In this document: one piece after another, positions 9,747-21,155 of the stretch
Position numbering within the stretch: position 1 is the first letter of the stretch
Layout: each line of letters starts with the position of its first letter
NCBI GenBank assembly: GCA_965248835.1
Contig: CBDFLJ010000001.1
Location: 608,001 to 672,000 of the forward strand
From: Alphaproteobacteria bacterium
GTDB taxonomy: Bacteria; Pseudomonadota; Alphaproteobacteria; MPNO01
Direction of reading: 5' to 3'
Length of the DNA stretch: 64,000 nucleotides
Notes under the pieces: generated by a model
Seen by the model: only the letters and a program-made list of their open reading frames with translations
The model's database searches: none
Told to the model about the DNA's origin: nothing
Made by a program: the position numbers and the translations under genes

Positions 9747-10624
9747 GCACCGCCATCACGACCGTCGGCGTGTGCGGGGCGGCCGGCACGATGGGAGCCG
9801 GGATCGCGATCGTCGCCGCGCGCGCCGGCTTCGAGACGGTGTGCTACGACGTCTCGGCCGAGGGGCTGGAGAAGGCCGGTGCCCAGACCGAGGCGTTCTT
9901 CGAGCGCTCGGTCGAGCGCGGCCGGATGTCGGGGCACGACCGGGATGCGGCGCTGGCCCGGATCCGCGCGGCCGACGGGCTCGAGGCGCTCGCCGGCTGC
10001 GATCTTGTGATCGAGGCGGTCTTCGAGGAGCTTGCGGTCAAGCAGGCGCTGTTCCGCGCGCTCGATCCGATCTGCGGCAAGCACACCATTTTCGCCTCCA
10101 ACACCTCGACCTTGTCGATCACCGAGATCGCCTCGGGCTGCGGGCGGGAGGACCGGGTCGTCGGCATGCATTTTTGCCTGCCTGCCCAGCTCATGAAGCT
10201 GATCGAGATGTCGCCGGGGGTGAACACCTCCGATGCGGCCTTCGCCGCGGCCTGGGCCTGGACGGAGGCCGCCGGCCAGCAACCGGTGAGGACCCAGGAC
10301 AAGCCCGGCTTCGTCCTCAATGCGCTGCTGGTTCCGTTCAACAACGACGCCATCCGGGCGGTCGAGGCCGGGGTCGCCGGCGCCGCGGATATCGACAAGG
10401 CGATCAAGGCCGCGCTCGGCTACAAGATGGGGCCGTTGGAGCTGGTCGACCTGATCGGGCTCGATACCCAGATCCGCCTGTCCGAAGCGTTCTACCCGAT
10501 CACGCTGGACCCCCGCGCGGCCGCTCCGCCGCTGCTGCGCCGGATGGTCGCCGCCGGGCGTCTTGGCCGCAAGTCGGGCCGCGGCTTCCACGACTATGAG
10601 GGCAGCACGATGTTCGGAGCCTGA
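9743..10624 (+). CDS. 3-hydroxyacyl-CoA dehydrogenase (NAD-binding + dimerisation domains)
   Basis: GAAGTMGAGIA, EAVFEE, ASNTSTLSI, GMHF, MGPLELVDLIGLD, GRLGRKSGRGF. Confidence 0.92.
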   Translation: MSTAITTVGVCGAAGTMGAGIAIVAARAGFETVCYDVSAEGLEKAGAQTEAFFERSVERGRMSGHDRDAALARIRAADGLEALAGCDLVIEAVFEELAVKQALFRALDPICGKHTIFASNTSTLSITEIASGCGREDRVVGMHFCLPAQLMKLIEMSPGVNTSDAAFAAAWAWTEAAGQQPVRTQDKPGFVLNALLVPFNNDAIRAVEAGVAGAADIDKAIKAALGYKMGPLELVDLIGLDTQIRLSEAFYPITLDPRAAAPPLLRRMVAAGRLGRKSGRGFHDYEGSTMFGA

Positions 10625-10627
10625 ACG

Positions 10628-11253
10628 GTGGCTTACGCGATCCGCAGCGCCGGCGAAAGCCGCTCGTTCCCGCCGGGCGATCCGTTTCTTGCCGGTGCCG
10701 AATCCGATGCCGACATCCTGGTGCTGCTCGGCGTGCCGTATGCACCCGACCCGGCGCGGACGGCGATCCTGATCGAGCTCGGGACCGAGTGCCTGGGGGT
10801 GCACACCGGGGAGAAGGCCGGCGCGGAAGGCTCGAATGCGGTCGGCTTCGCACGCTACCGCAACGGTTCCGATCCGCCGTCGAACCTGGTCGAGCTGGTG
10901 CGCCAGCCGGCGAGCGCGGACTCCGCGATCGCGGCAGCGCGGGCGGTCTTCGAGGGCGCCGGCCTCGACGTGGTGGTCTCCGCCGACCAGGTCGGGCGCA
11001 TCATCGACCGTCTGGTGCGCCCGAAATACAACGCCGCGCTCCGGTTGCTCGACGAGGGGCTTGCAGCCGCGGCCGACATGGACCTCACCTGCCGGCTCGG
11101 GCTCGGCTACCCCGACGGCCCCATCGAGCGGGTCGAACGCGGCGGGCTGGTCCACCACTACGAGGTCTGCCGGGCGCTGTTCGCGGTCAACGGGACGCCT
11201 GGCTACGCGCCCGCCCGCCGTGCCGTGGTCGCCAAGGCGAGGATGGGGGGCTG

Positions 11254-11254
<1 letters not shown>
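10628..11254 (+). CDS. 3-hydroxyacyl-CoA dehydrogenase C-terminal-like protein lacking the Rossmann motif
   Basis: VELVR, DQVGRIIDRL, DMDLTCRLGLGYPDGP resemble the second half of PaaH-type enzymes; GGAG RBS. Confidence 0.75.
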
Positions 11255-12374
<1,120 letters not shown>

Positions 12375-12378
<4 letters not shown>

Positions 12379-13106
12379 GCCCCTGCGCGCCGGGGCTGGT
12401 GCGAAAGCGGATCTATCTCCTGCGCCACGGCGAGGTCTCGTATTTCGACGCCCGGGGCCGGCCGGTTGACCCCCGCGCCGTCCGGCTCACCGAGACCGGC
12501 ATCGCCCAGATCGAGGCGGTCGGCGCGCTGCTCGCCGAAGCGGCGATCGACCGGGCGGTCTGCAGCGGCCTGCCGCGGACCCGCCAGACCGCCGAGATCG
12601 CGCTGGCCGGCCGGCCGGTCCCGATCGAGGATGAGCCCGACCTGCGCGAGATCAAGGGCGGGCGCTTCGCCGACGTCCCGCCCGAGCGCGCACGCGCGCT
12701 GATCGCCAATGCCTTTCGCGGCGCCGGGGACGATGCGGCGCGGTTCTTCCACGGCGGCGAGAGCTTCGGCGCCTTCGGTGCGCGGGTGACCGCGGCCTTC
12801 GAGCGCGCGCTGCGCCGGCCCGCATGGGACCGGCTGCTCGTCTCCGGCCATGACGGGGTCAACCGGGTGATCCTGTGCTGGGCCGCCGGCGCGGGCCGAG
12901 GCGCGATGGCGGCCTTCGAGCAGGATCACGGCGGGCTCAGCATCATCGACATCGATGTCGAGGCCGAAAGCGGCGCGATCGCCCACCGGATGCTGCGCTG
13001 CGTCAACCTCACGCCGGCCGATCCGGCCAAGCACCGGACGTGGGCGACTTCGATGGAACCGATCCATGCCCGCTATCTCGAGGCGCGCGAAAAGGGGCAT
13101 CTGTGA
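12375..13106 (+). CDS. Histidine phosphatase (phosphoglycerate mutase-like) family protein
   Basis: LLRHGE, SGLPRTRQTA, LREI, GGES, VSGHDGVNR. Confidence 0.85.
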
Positions 13107-13125
13107 GCCGGCCTGTCCGGAACTG

Positions 13126-14874
13126 TCAGGCCCTTTCAAGCTGTTCGGCGTCGAGCGCGTAGAGATGGTCGGCGCCGTTGCAGGCGCTTGCGGCCAGGGC
13201 ATCGGCGGTCGGCATGATCTCCAGGGCGTAGAAGCGCGCCAGCGCACGCATCTCGGCGCCGTGGCGGTCGTTTCCGGCCGCCTCGGCCATGCGGTGCCAC
13301 ATCCAGGCAACGGCAACGGTCGCAACCAGGCGCAGATAGGGCGTGGCGCCGGCCAAGGCGTCGGGCGTGGCCGCGGCCGCCAGGCGGTCGAGGAGATGGG
13401 TGGTGGTCGCCCGCAGCGTTGCCAGCCCGTCGGCCAGAGCGGCTTGGATCTCGGGAACCGCCGGGCCGGAGGCACTGCCGGCGAGCTGTGCCTCGATGCG
13501 CCGGGCCAGGATCTCGAAGGTCGCGCCTTCGTCGCGGCCGAGCTTGCGCAGCACCAGATCGATCGCCTGGATGCCGTTGGTGCCCTCGTAAATCGGCGTG
13601 ATGCGGGCATCGCGCATGAGCTGCTCGACGCCGTGCTCGGCGATGTAGCCGTGGCCGCCGTGGACCTGGACAGCGAGGCTTGCGACCTCGACCGCAAGGT
13701 CGGTGCAGTGGGCCTTGCAGACCGGCAGCAGGAAGGAAGCGAGCGCCGCGGCATCGGCATCCTCCGCGCCGCGGGCGAGGTCGAGCTGACAGGCGGCCTC
13801 ATAGGCCAGCGCCCGGGCGCCGCAGGTCTGCGCTTTCATGGTCAGCAGCATGCGCCGGACATCGGCATGCGCGATGATCGGCGTGCCGTCCGCGGCGCTG
13901 TTGCCGCCCTGGACACGCTCCGCCGCGTAGGCCAGCGCCTTGTCCAGCGCGGCCCCGGCGATGCCGACGCCTTCCAGGACGACCTCCAGCCGCATGGTAT
14001 TGATCATCGTGAACATGTTCTGGATGCCGCGGCCGGGCGCGCCGAGCAGGAAGCCGGTCGCGCCGTCGAGCTGCATCTCGCAGGTCGGCGAGCCGTGGAT
14101 GCCCATCTTCTCCTCGATGCGGGCGGCACGGATGTTGTTGCGGCTGCCGAGCGCGCCGTCGCTGCCGGGGAGGAACTTCGGGACCAGGAACAGGCTGAGC
14201 CCGCGCACGCCGGCCGGCGCACCGTCGATCCGCGCCAGCACGATATGGCAGATCTGCTCGGTCGCGTCGTGCTCGCCGAACGAAATGAAGATCTTGGTCC
14301 CGGTCAGCGCGTAGGAGCCGTCGCCGTCGGCGACGGCCCTGGTGCGCGCCTGGCCGATATCGGAGCCCGCATGGGGCTCGGTCATCACGATGGTGCCGGC
14401 CCATTCGCCGCTTACCAGACGCGGGACGTAGAGCGCCCGGGTCGCCTCGTCGGCATGGGCCAGCAGCACCCGCGCGGCGGCGCGGCTGGTCACCGTCAGC
14501 ATCGTGAAGGCGAGGCTCGCGCCGTTGGACATCTCCGAGACCGCGGCCTGGGCGATCTCCGGCATCGCCTGCCCGCCGAACGAGTCGGGCAGCGCGAGCG
14601 AAGGCCAGCCGCCGTCGCAGAACGCCCGATAGGCGGCATCGAAGCCGGGTGACAGGCGGACCACGCCGTTGTCGAACGTTGCGCCGATCCGGTCGGCGTC
14701 CCGATTGATCGGCGCGATTGCCTCGGCGGCCAACCGGCCCGCCTGGCGGACCACCGCCTCCAGCGTCTCGCCGTCGAGGTGGGCGTAGGCCGGCAGGGAA
14801 AGCACCCGCCCGGTGTCGATCACCCGGCGCAGCACGAACGCGATGTCCTCGACCGGCGGTCTGTAGCCTGCCAT
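13126..14874 (-). CDS. Long-form acyl-CoA dehydrogenase (DmdC/FadE5-like)
   Basis: MTEPHAGSD, GTKIFIS, EEKMGIHGSPTC, QVHGGHGYI, RITPIYEGTNGIQAIDL; ~582 aa. Confidence 0.9.
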   Translation of the reverse strand: MAGYRPPVEDIAFVLRRVIDTGRVLSLPAYAHLDGETLEAVVRQAGRLAAEAIAPINRDADRIGATFDNGVVRLSPGFDAAYRAFCDGGWPSLALPDSFGGQAMPEIAQAAVSEMSNGASLAFTMLTVTSRAAARVLLAHADEATRALYVPRLVSGEWAGTIVMTEPHAGSDIGQARTRAVADGDGSYALTGTKIFISFGEHDATEQICHIVLARIDGAPAGVRGLSLFLVPKFLPGSDGALGSRNNIRAARIEEKMGIHGSPTCEMQLDGATGFLLGAPGRGIQNMFTMINTMRLEVVLEGVGIAGAALDKALAYAAERVQGGNSAADGTPIIAHADVRRMLLTMKAQTCGARALAYEAACQLDLARGAEDADAAALASFLLPVCKAHCTDLAVEVASLAVQVHGGHGYIAEHGVEQLMRDARITPIYEGTNGIQAIDLVLRKLGRDEGATFEILARRIEAQLAGSASGPAVPEIQAALADGLATLRATTTHLLDRLAAAATPDALAGATPYLRLVATVAVAWMWHRMAEAAGNDRHGAEMRALARFYALEIMPTADALAASACNGADHLYALDAEQLERA

Positions 14875-14961
14875 CCGGTAGTCCCTCCCCTGCCCCGCTT
14901 CCGGCGCCACGTTGCTGCGCGGGCGGCGGCGTGTAAACGCCCGACTGGATCGGAACGAGCG

Positions 14962-15432
14962 CTATATCGGCTTGGCCAGAAGCGTTGGGATGGAATAGGT
15001 GTCCAGGACGACGATCCGTTCCAGGAACTTGAGCTCGTCGCCGAACGCGGCGACGGTGTCGCGATAGCACCCGACGCTGAACAGATGGGAGCTGCCCTCG
15101 ACATTGGTCTGGTAGAGCGCGTAGCCGGTCTCGGCCTCGATCCGGCCTTGGTGCGTAGAAACCACCCGCGGCAGGCCGATGACGTGGCGCGTGGTGTGCG
15201 GGTTGTAGGTGTTGGCCTTCAGGAGCGAGACGATCCGATCGCTCAGCGCCTTCTTGGTCTCGCACAGCATGACGCTGCCCGGCAGCCCCTGCTGGATGTT
15301 CTCCAGCGGCACGATCCGATAGCTGCACTCATCGTGAAACAGGTCGAGCCAAGCCTGATAGGTCTCGTTGTCGAGATGGGCGCCGGCGCGCGCCATCAAA
15401 TCCTGAAGCTTGACGAAAACGGCGGCTTCCAT
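14962..15432 (-). CDS. Aromatic ring-hydroxylating oxygenase beta subunit
   Basis: AWLDLF, SDRI, RHVI, VGCYRD, ERIVVLD...LLAKPI (NagH/TphA3-like ending). Confidence 0.88.
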   Translation of the reverse strand: MEAAVFVKLQDLMARAGAHLDNETYQAWLDLFHDECSYRIVPLENIQQGLPGSVMLCETKKALSDRIVSLLKANTYNPHTTRHVIGLPRVVSTHQGRIEAETGYALYQTNVEGSSHLFSVGCYRDTVAAFGDELKFLERIVVLDTYSIPTLLAKPI

Positions 15433-15435
15433 CTC

Positions 15436-16701
15436 TCACCCTGCGGGCGGGTCTTTCAGATTCATGATCTCGTAGTAGTAGGACCAGAAACCCCGGATCA
15501 TCACGTCGTCGAGCTTCTCGTCGCCGTCCCGGATCGGACCGCGCCCGCCCATCTCGACCACCGCGCTGTCCGCGCGCGCGGAGCGGTGGCCGTTCTGGCA
15601 CGCCTCCAGCGCTTCGGCATCCTCCAGCGAGACGAAGCCGGCCGGCCCGGCGAAGTTGGCCTGGCGCAGCCGGTGCCGGGTCATGTCCTCCCCGTCCTCG
15701 GCGTAGCCGAAGATGGTGAAGACGAGCTCGAACGCGCCGGGGCCCTTGGGCCGGACCTGGCGCGCGGCAAGCGCGTTGCGGATCTGCTGGAAGACGCTGT
15801 TGGGAAACACCGAGCACATGGTGGTCGAGTGGTCGTCGTCGAATTCCGGCACGAAGCGCAGCAGAGCGGGGTCCTGCAGCGCGAGCCTCGCGCCCGCGCT
15901 TGCCTCGGCTAGCGGCAGAAGCGGCGCGGCCGGGTCGGTCCGCGGCGGTTCGTCGTCCTCGTACTCCTGGCGCGGCTGGCGGACGAACAGGATGCTGTGC
16001 CTGTGTCTGGCGTCCATCCTGGAGCCGCAATCGTGGCTCGCGCGGTTGATCCCGAACGTGTTCTGGAAGCCGTGCAGCAGGGCGCCGTGATAGTGATCGC
16101 GCACGTTCTCCAGATAGGCCTTCCAGTTGCTCCGGACGTATTGGCGCTGGTAGCCGAGGACCCGGACCGGCTTGTGGAACAGCCGGTCGAGATGGGCGAG
16201 ATGGCTCGGTCCGAGATAGTCCCGCAGCGGCTCGACGGTTTCGGAGAAGCTCGCGAACAACACGCCGTTGACGCCGTCGACGCGGAGCCTGCGCAGCCCG
16301 TGGCACGCCATGTCGAAGTCCGCCGGCATGCCAGGGCTGCCGCCGATCCCGTGCCGGTGGGGCACGCCGATGAGCGCGCCGGTGAGGTCGTAGGCCCAGC
16401 TATGGTAGAGGCAGACATGGGCGGGCGTGTTGCCGAAGTTCTCGCGCGCGATCAGCGCGCCGCGGTGAGAGCAGCGGTTGACGAAGGCATGCACCCGGCC
16501 GTCCTGATCCCGGTTGTATATGACGGGCGTCTCGCCGATGAAGGTCGTGCGGAAATCGCCCGGGTTCGGGATCTCGGCCTCCAGCCCGAGATAGGACCAC
16601 GTCTCGCCCTCGAAGATGCGCACCAGCTCCTCGGCATAGAGGTCCCGGTCGTGGTAGAGCGCATAGGGGATACGATCGAAGCCGGCGTCCGCGTGAACCA
16701 T
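15436..16701 (-). CDS. Rieske ring-hydroxylating oxygenase alpha subunit (salicylate/terephthalate/anthranilate-type clade)
   Basis: NRCSHRG...CLYH Rieske motif; ENVRDHYHGALLH Fe site; GPAGFVSLED. Confidence 0.9.
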   Translation of the reverse strand: MVHADAGFDRIPYALYHDRDLYAEELVRIFEGETWSYLGLEAEIPNPGDFRTTFIGETPVIYNRDQDGRVHAFVNRCSHRGALIARENFGNTPAHVCLYHSWAYDLTGALIGVPHRHGIGGSPGMPADFDMACHGLRRLRVDGVNGVLFASFSETVEPLRDYLGPSHLAHLDRLFHKPVRVLGYQRQYVRSNWKAYLENVRDHYHGALLHGFQNTFGINRASHDCGSRMDARHRHSILFVRQPRQEYEDDEPPRTDPAAPLLPLAEASAGARLALQDPALLRFVPEFDDDHSTTMCSVFPNSVFQQIRNALAARQVRPKGPGAFELVFTIFGYAEDGEDMTRHRLRQANFAGPAGFVSLEDAEALEACQNGHRSARADSAVVEMGGRGPIRDGDEKLDDVMIRGFWSYYYEIMNLKDPPAG

Positions 16702-16798
16702 CGCAGATAATCCCTCGCCCGTTGAGTCCGCCCGCCAATCCTATCCCCCGCCTCGCCCGCGCGCCAACGCCGCAGCCGCCGGTCGATATCCTCGCCCG

Positions 16799-18274
16799 TC
16801 AGCCGCCGCGCGGTGTCAGGAGGTGGCCGAATTTCTGGCGCGCGCGCCTTGCCTGGTCGGGGCTGGGCGCGTTGACCTTGGGGAACTGATCGCGCCAGTG
16901 GAACGGCCGGCAGGCGTCGATCACCGCGCGGCCCATGCTGAGGTCCTGGCGGGCGCGTTTTTCGGCCGACAGCAGCGGGTCGGCGGGCGAGGTGCGCGCG
17001 CCGTTGATGATGTCCATCGAGCTTGCCGGGTCCGACCGGGTGAGCAGCGCCCACCACAGCTCCTCGAGGTTGGTCACGTCGACGTCCTCGTCGACGACCA
17101 CCACATAGCGGTTGGCGTAGTTCGCGGCATGGCAGTGTGCGGCCACATGGCCGGCCTGTTTGGCATGGCCGGGGTAGCGCTGTTTGATCGCCACGCCGTG
17201 CAGCAGGCGGGAGGAGCCGATCTCGTAGCACCACACACCGGCGACGTCGGGCACCCCGGCGGAGGCAAGCGCCTCCTTGACCATCGCCGAGCGCAGCACG
17301 GCGCGGTAGCGGCCCATCTCGTCCGAGCCGCCGCCCATCGGCGGCACACCCAGCAGGATCGGGTCGTTGCGGTGATAGAGCGCCTCGATCTCCAGCACCG
17401 GCTCGGGGTGCTCGCCGCTGGCATAGTAGCCGGTCCATTCGCCGAACGGGCCCTCCATCTTCTCGTGGCCGGCGCTGAGATAGCCCTCGATCACCACCTC
17501 GGCGTTGGCCGGGAACGGCAGGCCAGTGACCTTGCCCGCCACGCAGTCCAGCGGCGCGCCCCTGATGCCGCCGACGACGTCGAACTCGCAGGTGCCGGCC
17601 GGCACCTCGGTGCAGGCGGTGTAGAACGACATCGGCTCGGAGCCCAGCACCATCACGATCGGGAACCGCTCGCCCCGCGCGAAATGCTTCTCGCGGTGGA
17701 TGTGGCCGTGCTTGCCCGGCACCATCAGGACGCCGACCGACTTGCGGTCGTGCACCATCGCGCGGTAGGTCCCGACATTGAGCCAGCCGTCGTCGGGATC
17801 GCGGGTGACCGAATAGCATCCGGTCCCGATATAGCGGCCGCCGTCCTCGACATGCCAGACCGGCGTCGGGAACTTCATCAGGTCGATGTCGTCGCCGGTC
17901 AGCACGTTCTCGAACACCGGGCCGTCCTCGACGATCCGGTGCGGGATCAGCGGCCGGTCCTTGACGAAGCCGGCGTAGCAGGCATCGCTGAGCTCGACCT
18001 TGGAGAGGTCGTCCGGGAAGCCGAGCGTCATGTTGCGCCGCTTGCCGGCGAAGACGTTCATGATCAGCCGGTGTCCCGGCGCGCAGCCCGGCACGTCCTC
18101 GAACAGCACCGCCGGGCCGTCGTCGTGCTTGATCACGGCCTCGGCGGCAAGACCGATATCCTCCTGCCAGGACGCGCCGCGGACCACGCGCAGCTCGCCC
18201 AGCCGGTCGGCCTCGGCGATCCACTCCCGGAGGTCGCGATAGGCTAGAACGCAGCGAAGATTGTCACCTGTCAT
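16799..18274 (-). CDS. UbiD-family prFMN-dependent (de)carboxylase
   Basis: DGGRYIGT, NVGTYR, EGPFGEWTGYY, VVVVDEDVD, AVIDACRP; GAGGGAG RBS. Confidence 0.92.
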   Translation of the reverse strand: MTGDNLRCVLAYRDLREWIAEADRLGELRVVRGASWQEDIGLAAEAVIKHDDGPAVLFEDVPGCAPGHRLIMNVFAGKRRNMTLGFPDDLSKVELSDACYAGFVKDRPLIPHRIVEDGPVFENVLTGDDIDLMKFPTPVWHVEDGGRYIGTGCYSVTRDPDDGWLNVGTYRAMVHDRKSVGVLMVPGKHGHIHREKHFARGERFPIVMVLGSEPMSFYTACTEVPAGTCEFDVVGGIRGAPLDCVAGKVTGLPFPANAEVVIEGYLSAGHEKMEGPFGEWTGYYASGEHPEPVLEIEALYHRNDPILLGVPPMGGGSDEMGRYRAVLRSAMVKEALASAGVPDVAGVWCYEIGSSRLLHGVAIKQRYPGHAKQAGHVAAHCHAANYANRYVVVVDEDVDVTNLEELWWALLTRSDPASSMDIINGARTSPADPLLSAEKRARQDLSMGRAVIDACRPFHWRDQFPKVNAPSPDQARRARQKFGHLLTPRGG

Positions 18275-18369
18275 CCGCACTCTCCCTCGGATGCGTTTAT
18301 AGCCCATCTCGTCGCCGTGGACAGGCCGGCGCGGCTGGTCCAGACTCGTCGCCCCGTTGGGAGGACGCG

Positions 18370-19713
18370 ATGACCCATCCAGGATTCGATGCCGCCCGCT
18401 ATATCGACGACCGGCCGGACGAGCACATGTTCCGCGTCGACCGGCGCGCGTTCCACGACGCCGATCTCCACGAGGCCGAGATGGCGCTGATCTTCGAGCG
18501 CCAATGGAACTATCTGTGCCACGAAAGCCAGATCGCCGCGCCGGGCGATTACCACGCCACCCATATCGGCCGCCAGCCGGTCTATGCGATCCGGCGCGCC
18601 GACGGCGGCATCGGCGCCTATCTGAACGCCTGCGCCCACCGCGGCGCGGTGCTGACGCCGTGCCGGGCGGGCAACGCGCGGGTCCTGACCTGCCGGTTCC
18701 ACGGCTGGGCCTATGACACGGCCGGAAAGTGCATAAAGATCAAGAACCAGCAGAGCGGTTTCCCCGATCCGGGGTTCGATCGGGCGCGCTTCGACCTCAA
18801 GCCGGTGCCGCAGGTGGCCGCCTATCGCGGCTTCGTCTTCGGCTGCCTGGACGCCGCGGCCGGGACGCTGGAGGACCATCTCGGCGAGGCGCGGTTCTTC
18901 ATCGACATGTTCGCCGACCAGTCGCCGGACGGGCTGGAGATCCTGGCCGGCTCGCAGACCTATGTCTGCGACCACAATTGGAAGTACCAGGCCGAGAACG
19001 TCACCGACGGCTACCATGTCGGCACCGTGCACCGGAATTTCGCCGCCACGATCGCCGCACGCGAGGCGCGCGAGGGAACCGAAGGGCTGCTGAAGACCGA
19101 GACCGGGCGGATCAGCGGCAACGTCGCCAACGGCTGCTACGATCTGGGCGGCGGCCACATCGCGCTGTGGGCCGACCGCGCGAGCCCCGAGGCGGCCCCG
19201 CTGGCCCCGGCGACCGCCGCAATCGAGCGCACGCCCGGCGGCGCGATGGCCGATTGGATGCTGCGCCGCGGCCGCAACGTTCTGGTCTTCCCCAACATGG
19301 TGCTCAACGACCTCGCCTCGACCCATCTCCGCACCCACCGCCCGCTCGGGCCGGAGCGCACCGAGGTAACGATCTGGTGCATCGCCCCGAAGGGCGAGCC
19401 GGCCGAAGCACGGTTCGCGCGGCTCAGGAAGTTCGAAGACTTCTTCCTGGTCACCGGGCTTGCGACGTCCGACGACGTGATCTCGCTCGATACCGCCCAG
19501 GCGGGCTGCCACGGCTCGGAAGCGGGCTGGAACGAATACACCAGGGGCCTCGCGCAGGCCATCGACGGCCCCGACGAGCGCGCCCGCGCATTGGGGATGC
19601 ACCCGGTCCGATCGTGCCCGAGCTGGGACCACGAGGCGGAGCATGTCGGCTTCTACCGCCACTGGCGGGACTTGCTGGCCGCTCGCGTGCCGCAGGCCGT
19701 GGCCGCGGAGTAG
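18370..19713 (+). CDS. Rieske oxygenase alpha subunit (BenA/AntA/XylX-like), no adjacent beta subunit
   Basis: NACAHRG...CRFH, ENVTDGYHVGTVH, FEDFF..TG.ATSDD; GGAGG RBS. Confidence 0.9.
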   Translation: MTHPGFDAARYIDDRPDEHMFRVDRRAFHDADLHEAEMALIFERQWNYLCHESQIAAPGDYHATHIGRQPVYAIRRADGGIGAYLNACAHRGAVLTPCRAGNARVLTCRFHGWAYDTAGKCIKIKNQQSGFPDPGFDRARFDLKPVPQVAAYRGFVFGCLDAAAGTLEDHLGEARFFIDMFADQSPDGLEILAGSQTYVCDHNWKYQAENVTDGYHVGTVHRNFAATIAAREAREGTEGLLKTETGRISGNVANGCYDLGGGHIALWADRASPEAAPLAPATAAIERTPGGAMADWMLRRGRNVLVFPNMVLNDLASTHLRTHRPLGPERTEVTIWCIAPKGEPAEARFARLRKFEDFFLVTGLATSDDVISLDTAQAGCHGSEAGWNEYTRGLAQAIDGPDERARALGMHPVRSCPSWDHEAEHVGFYRHWRDLLAARVPQAVAAE

Positions 19714-19726
19714 CGCCAGCGCCGAT

Positions 19727-19751
19727 CGGGCCGCCCCGGGCCGGCGGCCCG
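19727..19751. terminator. GC-rich hairpin between convergent genes (possible bidirectional terminator)
   Basis: CGGGCCGCC-7 nt-GGCGGCCCG perfect 9-bp stem; no U tract. Confidence 0.4.
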
Positions 19752-21155
19752 CTAATCCAGGAAGTCGGCCAGATCGACCGTCTCGTGGTTGAACGGCATC
19801 GCCGGGCGGAAGCGCTCGCGCGCCGGCAGGTCGCTGGCCGCCGGCATGGTCGCATCGATGATCGTCTTGGTGCCGATCCGGTACATCGCGCTCATCCCCG
19901 GCACGATGTCCGAGACGTTGTCGAGCGACCAGATCCGGGTGTTGGGGATCCGGATCACGTCGCGCTCGGCATGGACGCGGGTGGTCAGCGACCAGAAGAT
20001 CTGGCGCAAATCGCCGGCATCGATATCCTCGTCGACCGCGATGGCGAGCTTGGGATGGAGATAGGGGCTCGATAGCGCGGCCATCAGCGCGGTCTTGGCC
20101 TGGCCTTCGACCCGCGGGCGGAGCTTGAGTACGATCGCCATCAGCCCGGAGATGCCGAGAAGCCGGATGTCGCGCAGATCGAGCCCGCCCTCGACCGAGC
20201 GCAGGTGCTCGCTCACCACGGTCTCGATGCAGGTGGCGGTGATCGACTGGGTGTCGGTCATCGGGATGCCGCACTGCATCGAATAGAAGATCGGATCGGC
20301 CCGTCGGGTGATCGCCTTGACCCGGAAGATCTGGGTCGAGCCCTCCATCGCGTACGTCCCGCTGGCTTCGCCGAACGGCCCCTCGGGGGTCATTTGGTCG
20401 GTCGGCACCTCGCCCTCGATGACCATCTCGGCCTCCGCCGGCACTTCGAGGTCGATGGTCTCGCACTTGACCATGCGGATCGGGTCCTCGAGCAGGGCGC
20501 CGGCGATCGTCAGCTCGTCGAGCCCGTAGCTCGAGGTGAAGCCGGCGGCGTAGTAGAGCGCCGGATGGGCGCCGACGACCATCGCCACGGGCATCGGCTC
20601 GCCGCGGGCCTGATAGATCTGGAAGATCCTCAGCGCATGGCGCGGGCAGATCAGGAACCCGGTGCTGTCGGGCCCCAGGATCTGCTGGCGGTGGATCGAC
20701 ATGTTGCGGATGCCGGTCTCCGGGTCCTTGATGATCGCCATGCCCGAGGCGATGTAGGGCGCAGGGTCGTTCTCGGAATGCCACACGGCGGGGACCTTGG
20801 TCAGGTCCACATCGGCGCCGGTCAGCACGACCTCTTTCACCGGCGCCTGGGCGCGATCGACCGTCACCGGCGCGACCGGGCTGCGGACCCGCGCGCGAAG
20901 GGTCGGGATCAGCTCGTCGGGCGTGACGCCGAGCGCGATCGACCACTTCCTGCGGTCGGCGATCACCTGGCTGCACACCCGCCATCCGGGGTAGTCGGGA
21001 AGGTTCGCAAACAGCGCCGCCTTGCCCAGCGTGTCGTAGGTCTTCCACGACAGCGCGGAGACGTTCTCGTGGGGGTCGACCGGCTTGTTGAAGCGGATCA
21101 GCTCGCCCTGTTGCTCGAGGTTGCCGACATGGACCCGAATCGATTGTTCGCGCAT
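19752..21155 (-). CDS. UbiD-family prFMN-dependent (de)carboxylase (second, divergent paralogue)
   Basis: RNMSIHR, EGPFGEASGTY, AVDEDID, KTIIDAT. Confidence 0.92.
   Translation of the reverse strand: MREQSIRVHVGNLEQQGELIRFNKPVDPHENVSALSWKTYDTLGKAALFANLPDYPGWRVCSQVIADRRKWSIALGVTPDELIPTLRARVRSPVAPVTVDRAQAPVKEVVLTGADVDLTKVPAVWHSENDPAPYIASGMAIIKDPETGIRNMSIHRQQILGPDSTGFLICPRHALRIFQIYQARGEPMPVAMVVGAHPALYYAAGFTSSYGLDELTIAGALLEDPIRMVKCETIDLEVPAEAEMVIEGEVPTDQMTPEGPFGEASGTYAMEGSTQIFRVKAITRRADPIFYSMQCGIPMTDTQSITATCIETVVSEHLRSVEGGLDLRDIRLLGISGLMAIVLKLRPRVEGQAKTALMAALSSPYLHPKLAIAVDEDIDAGDLRQIFWSLTTRVHAERDVIRIPNTRIWSLDNVSDIVPGMSAMYRIGTKTIIDATMPAASDLPARERFRPAMPFNHETVDLADFLD

Noticed and set aside
10622-10670. 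Selenocysteine recoding of the in-frame TGA
   Set aside because: No recognisable bacterial SECIS hairpin, and the position is an inter-domain linker rather than a catalytic Cys site.
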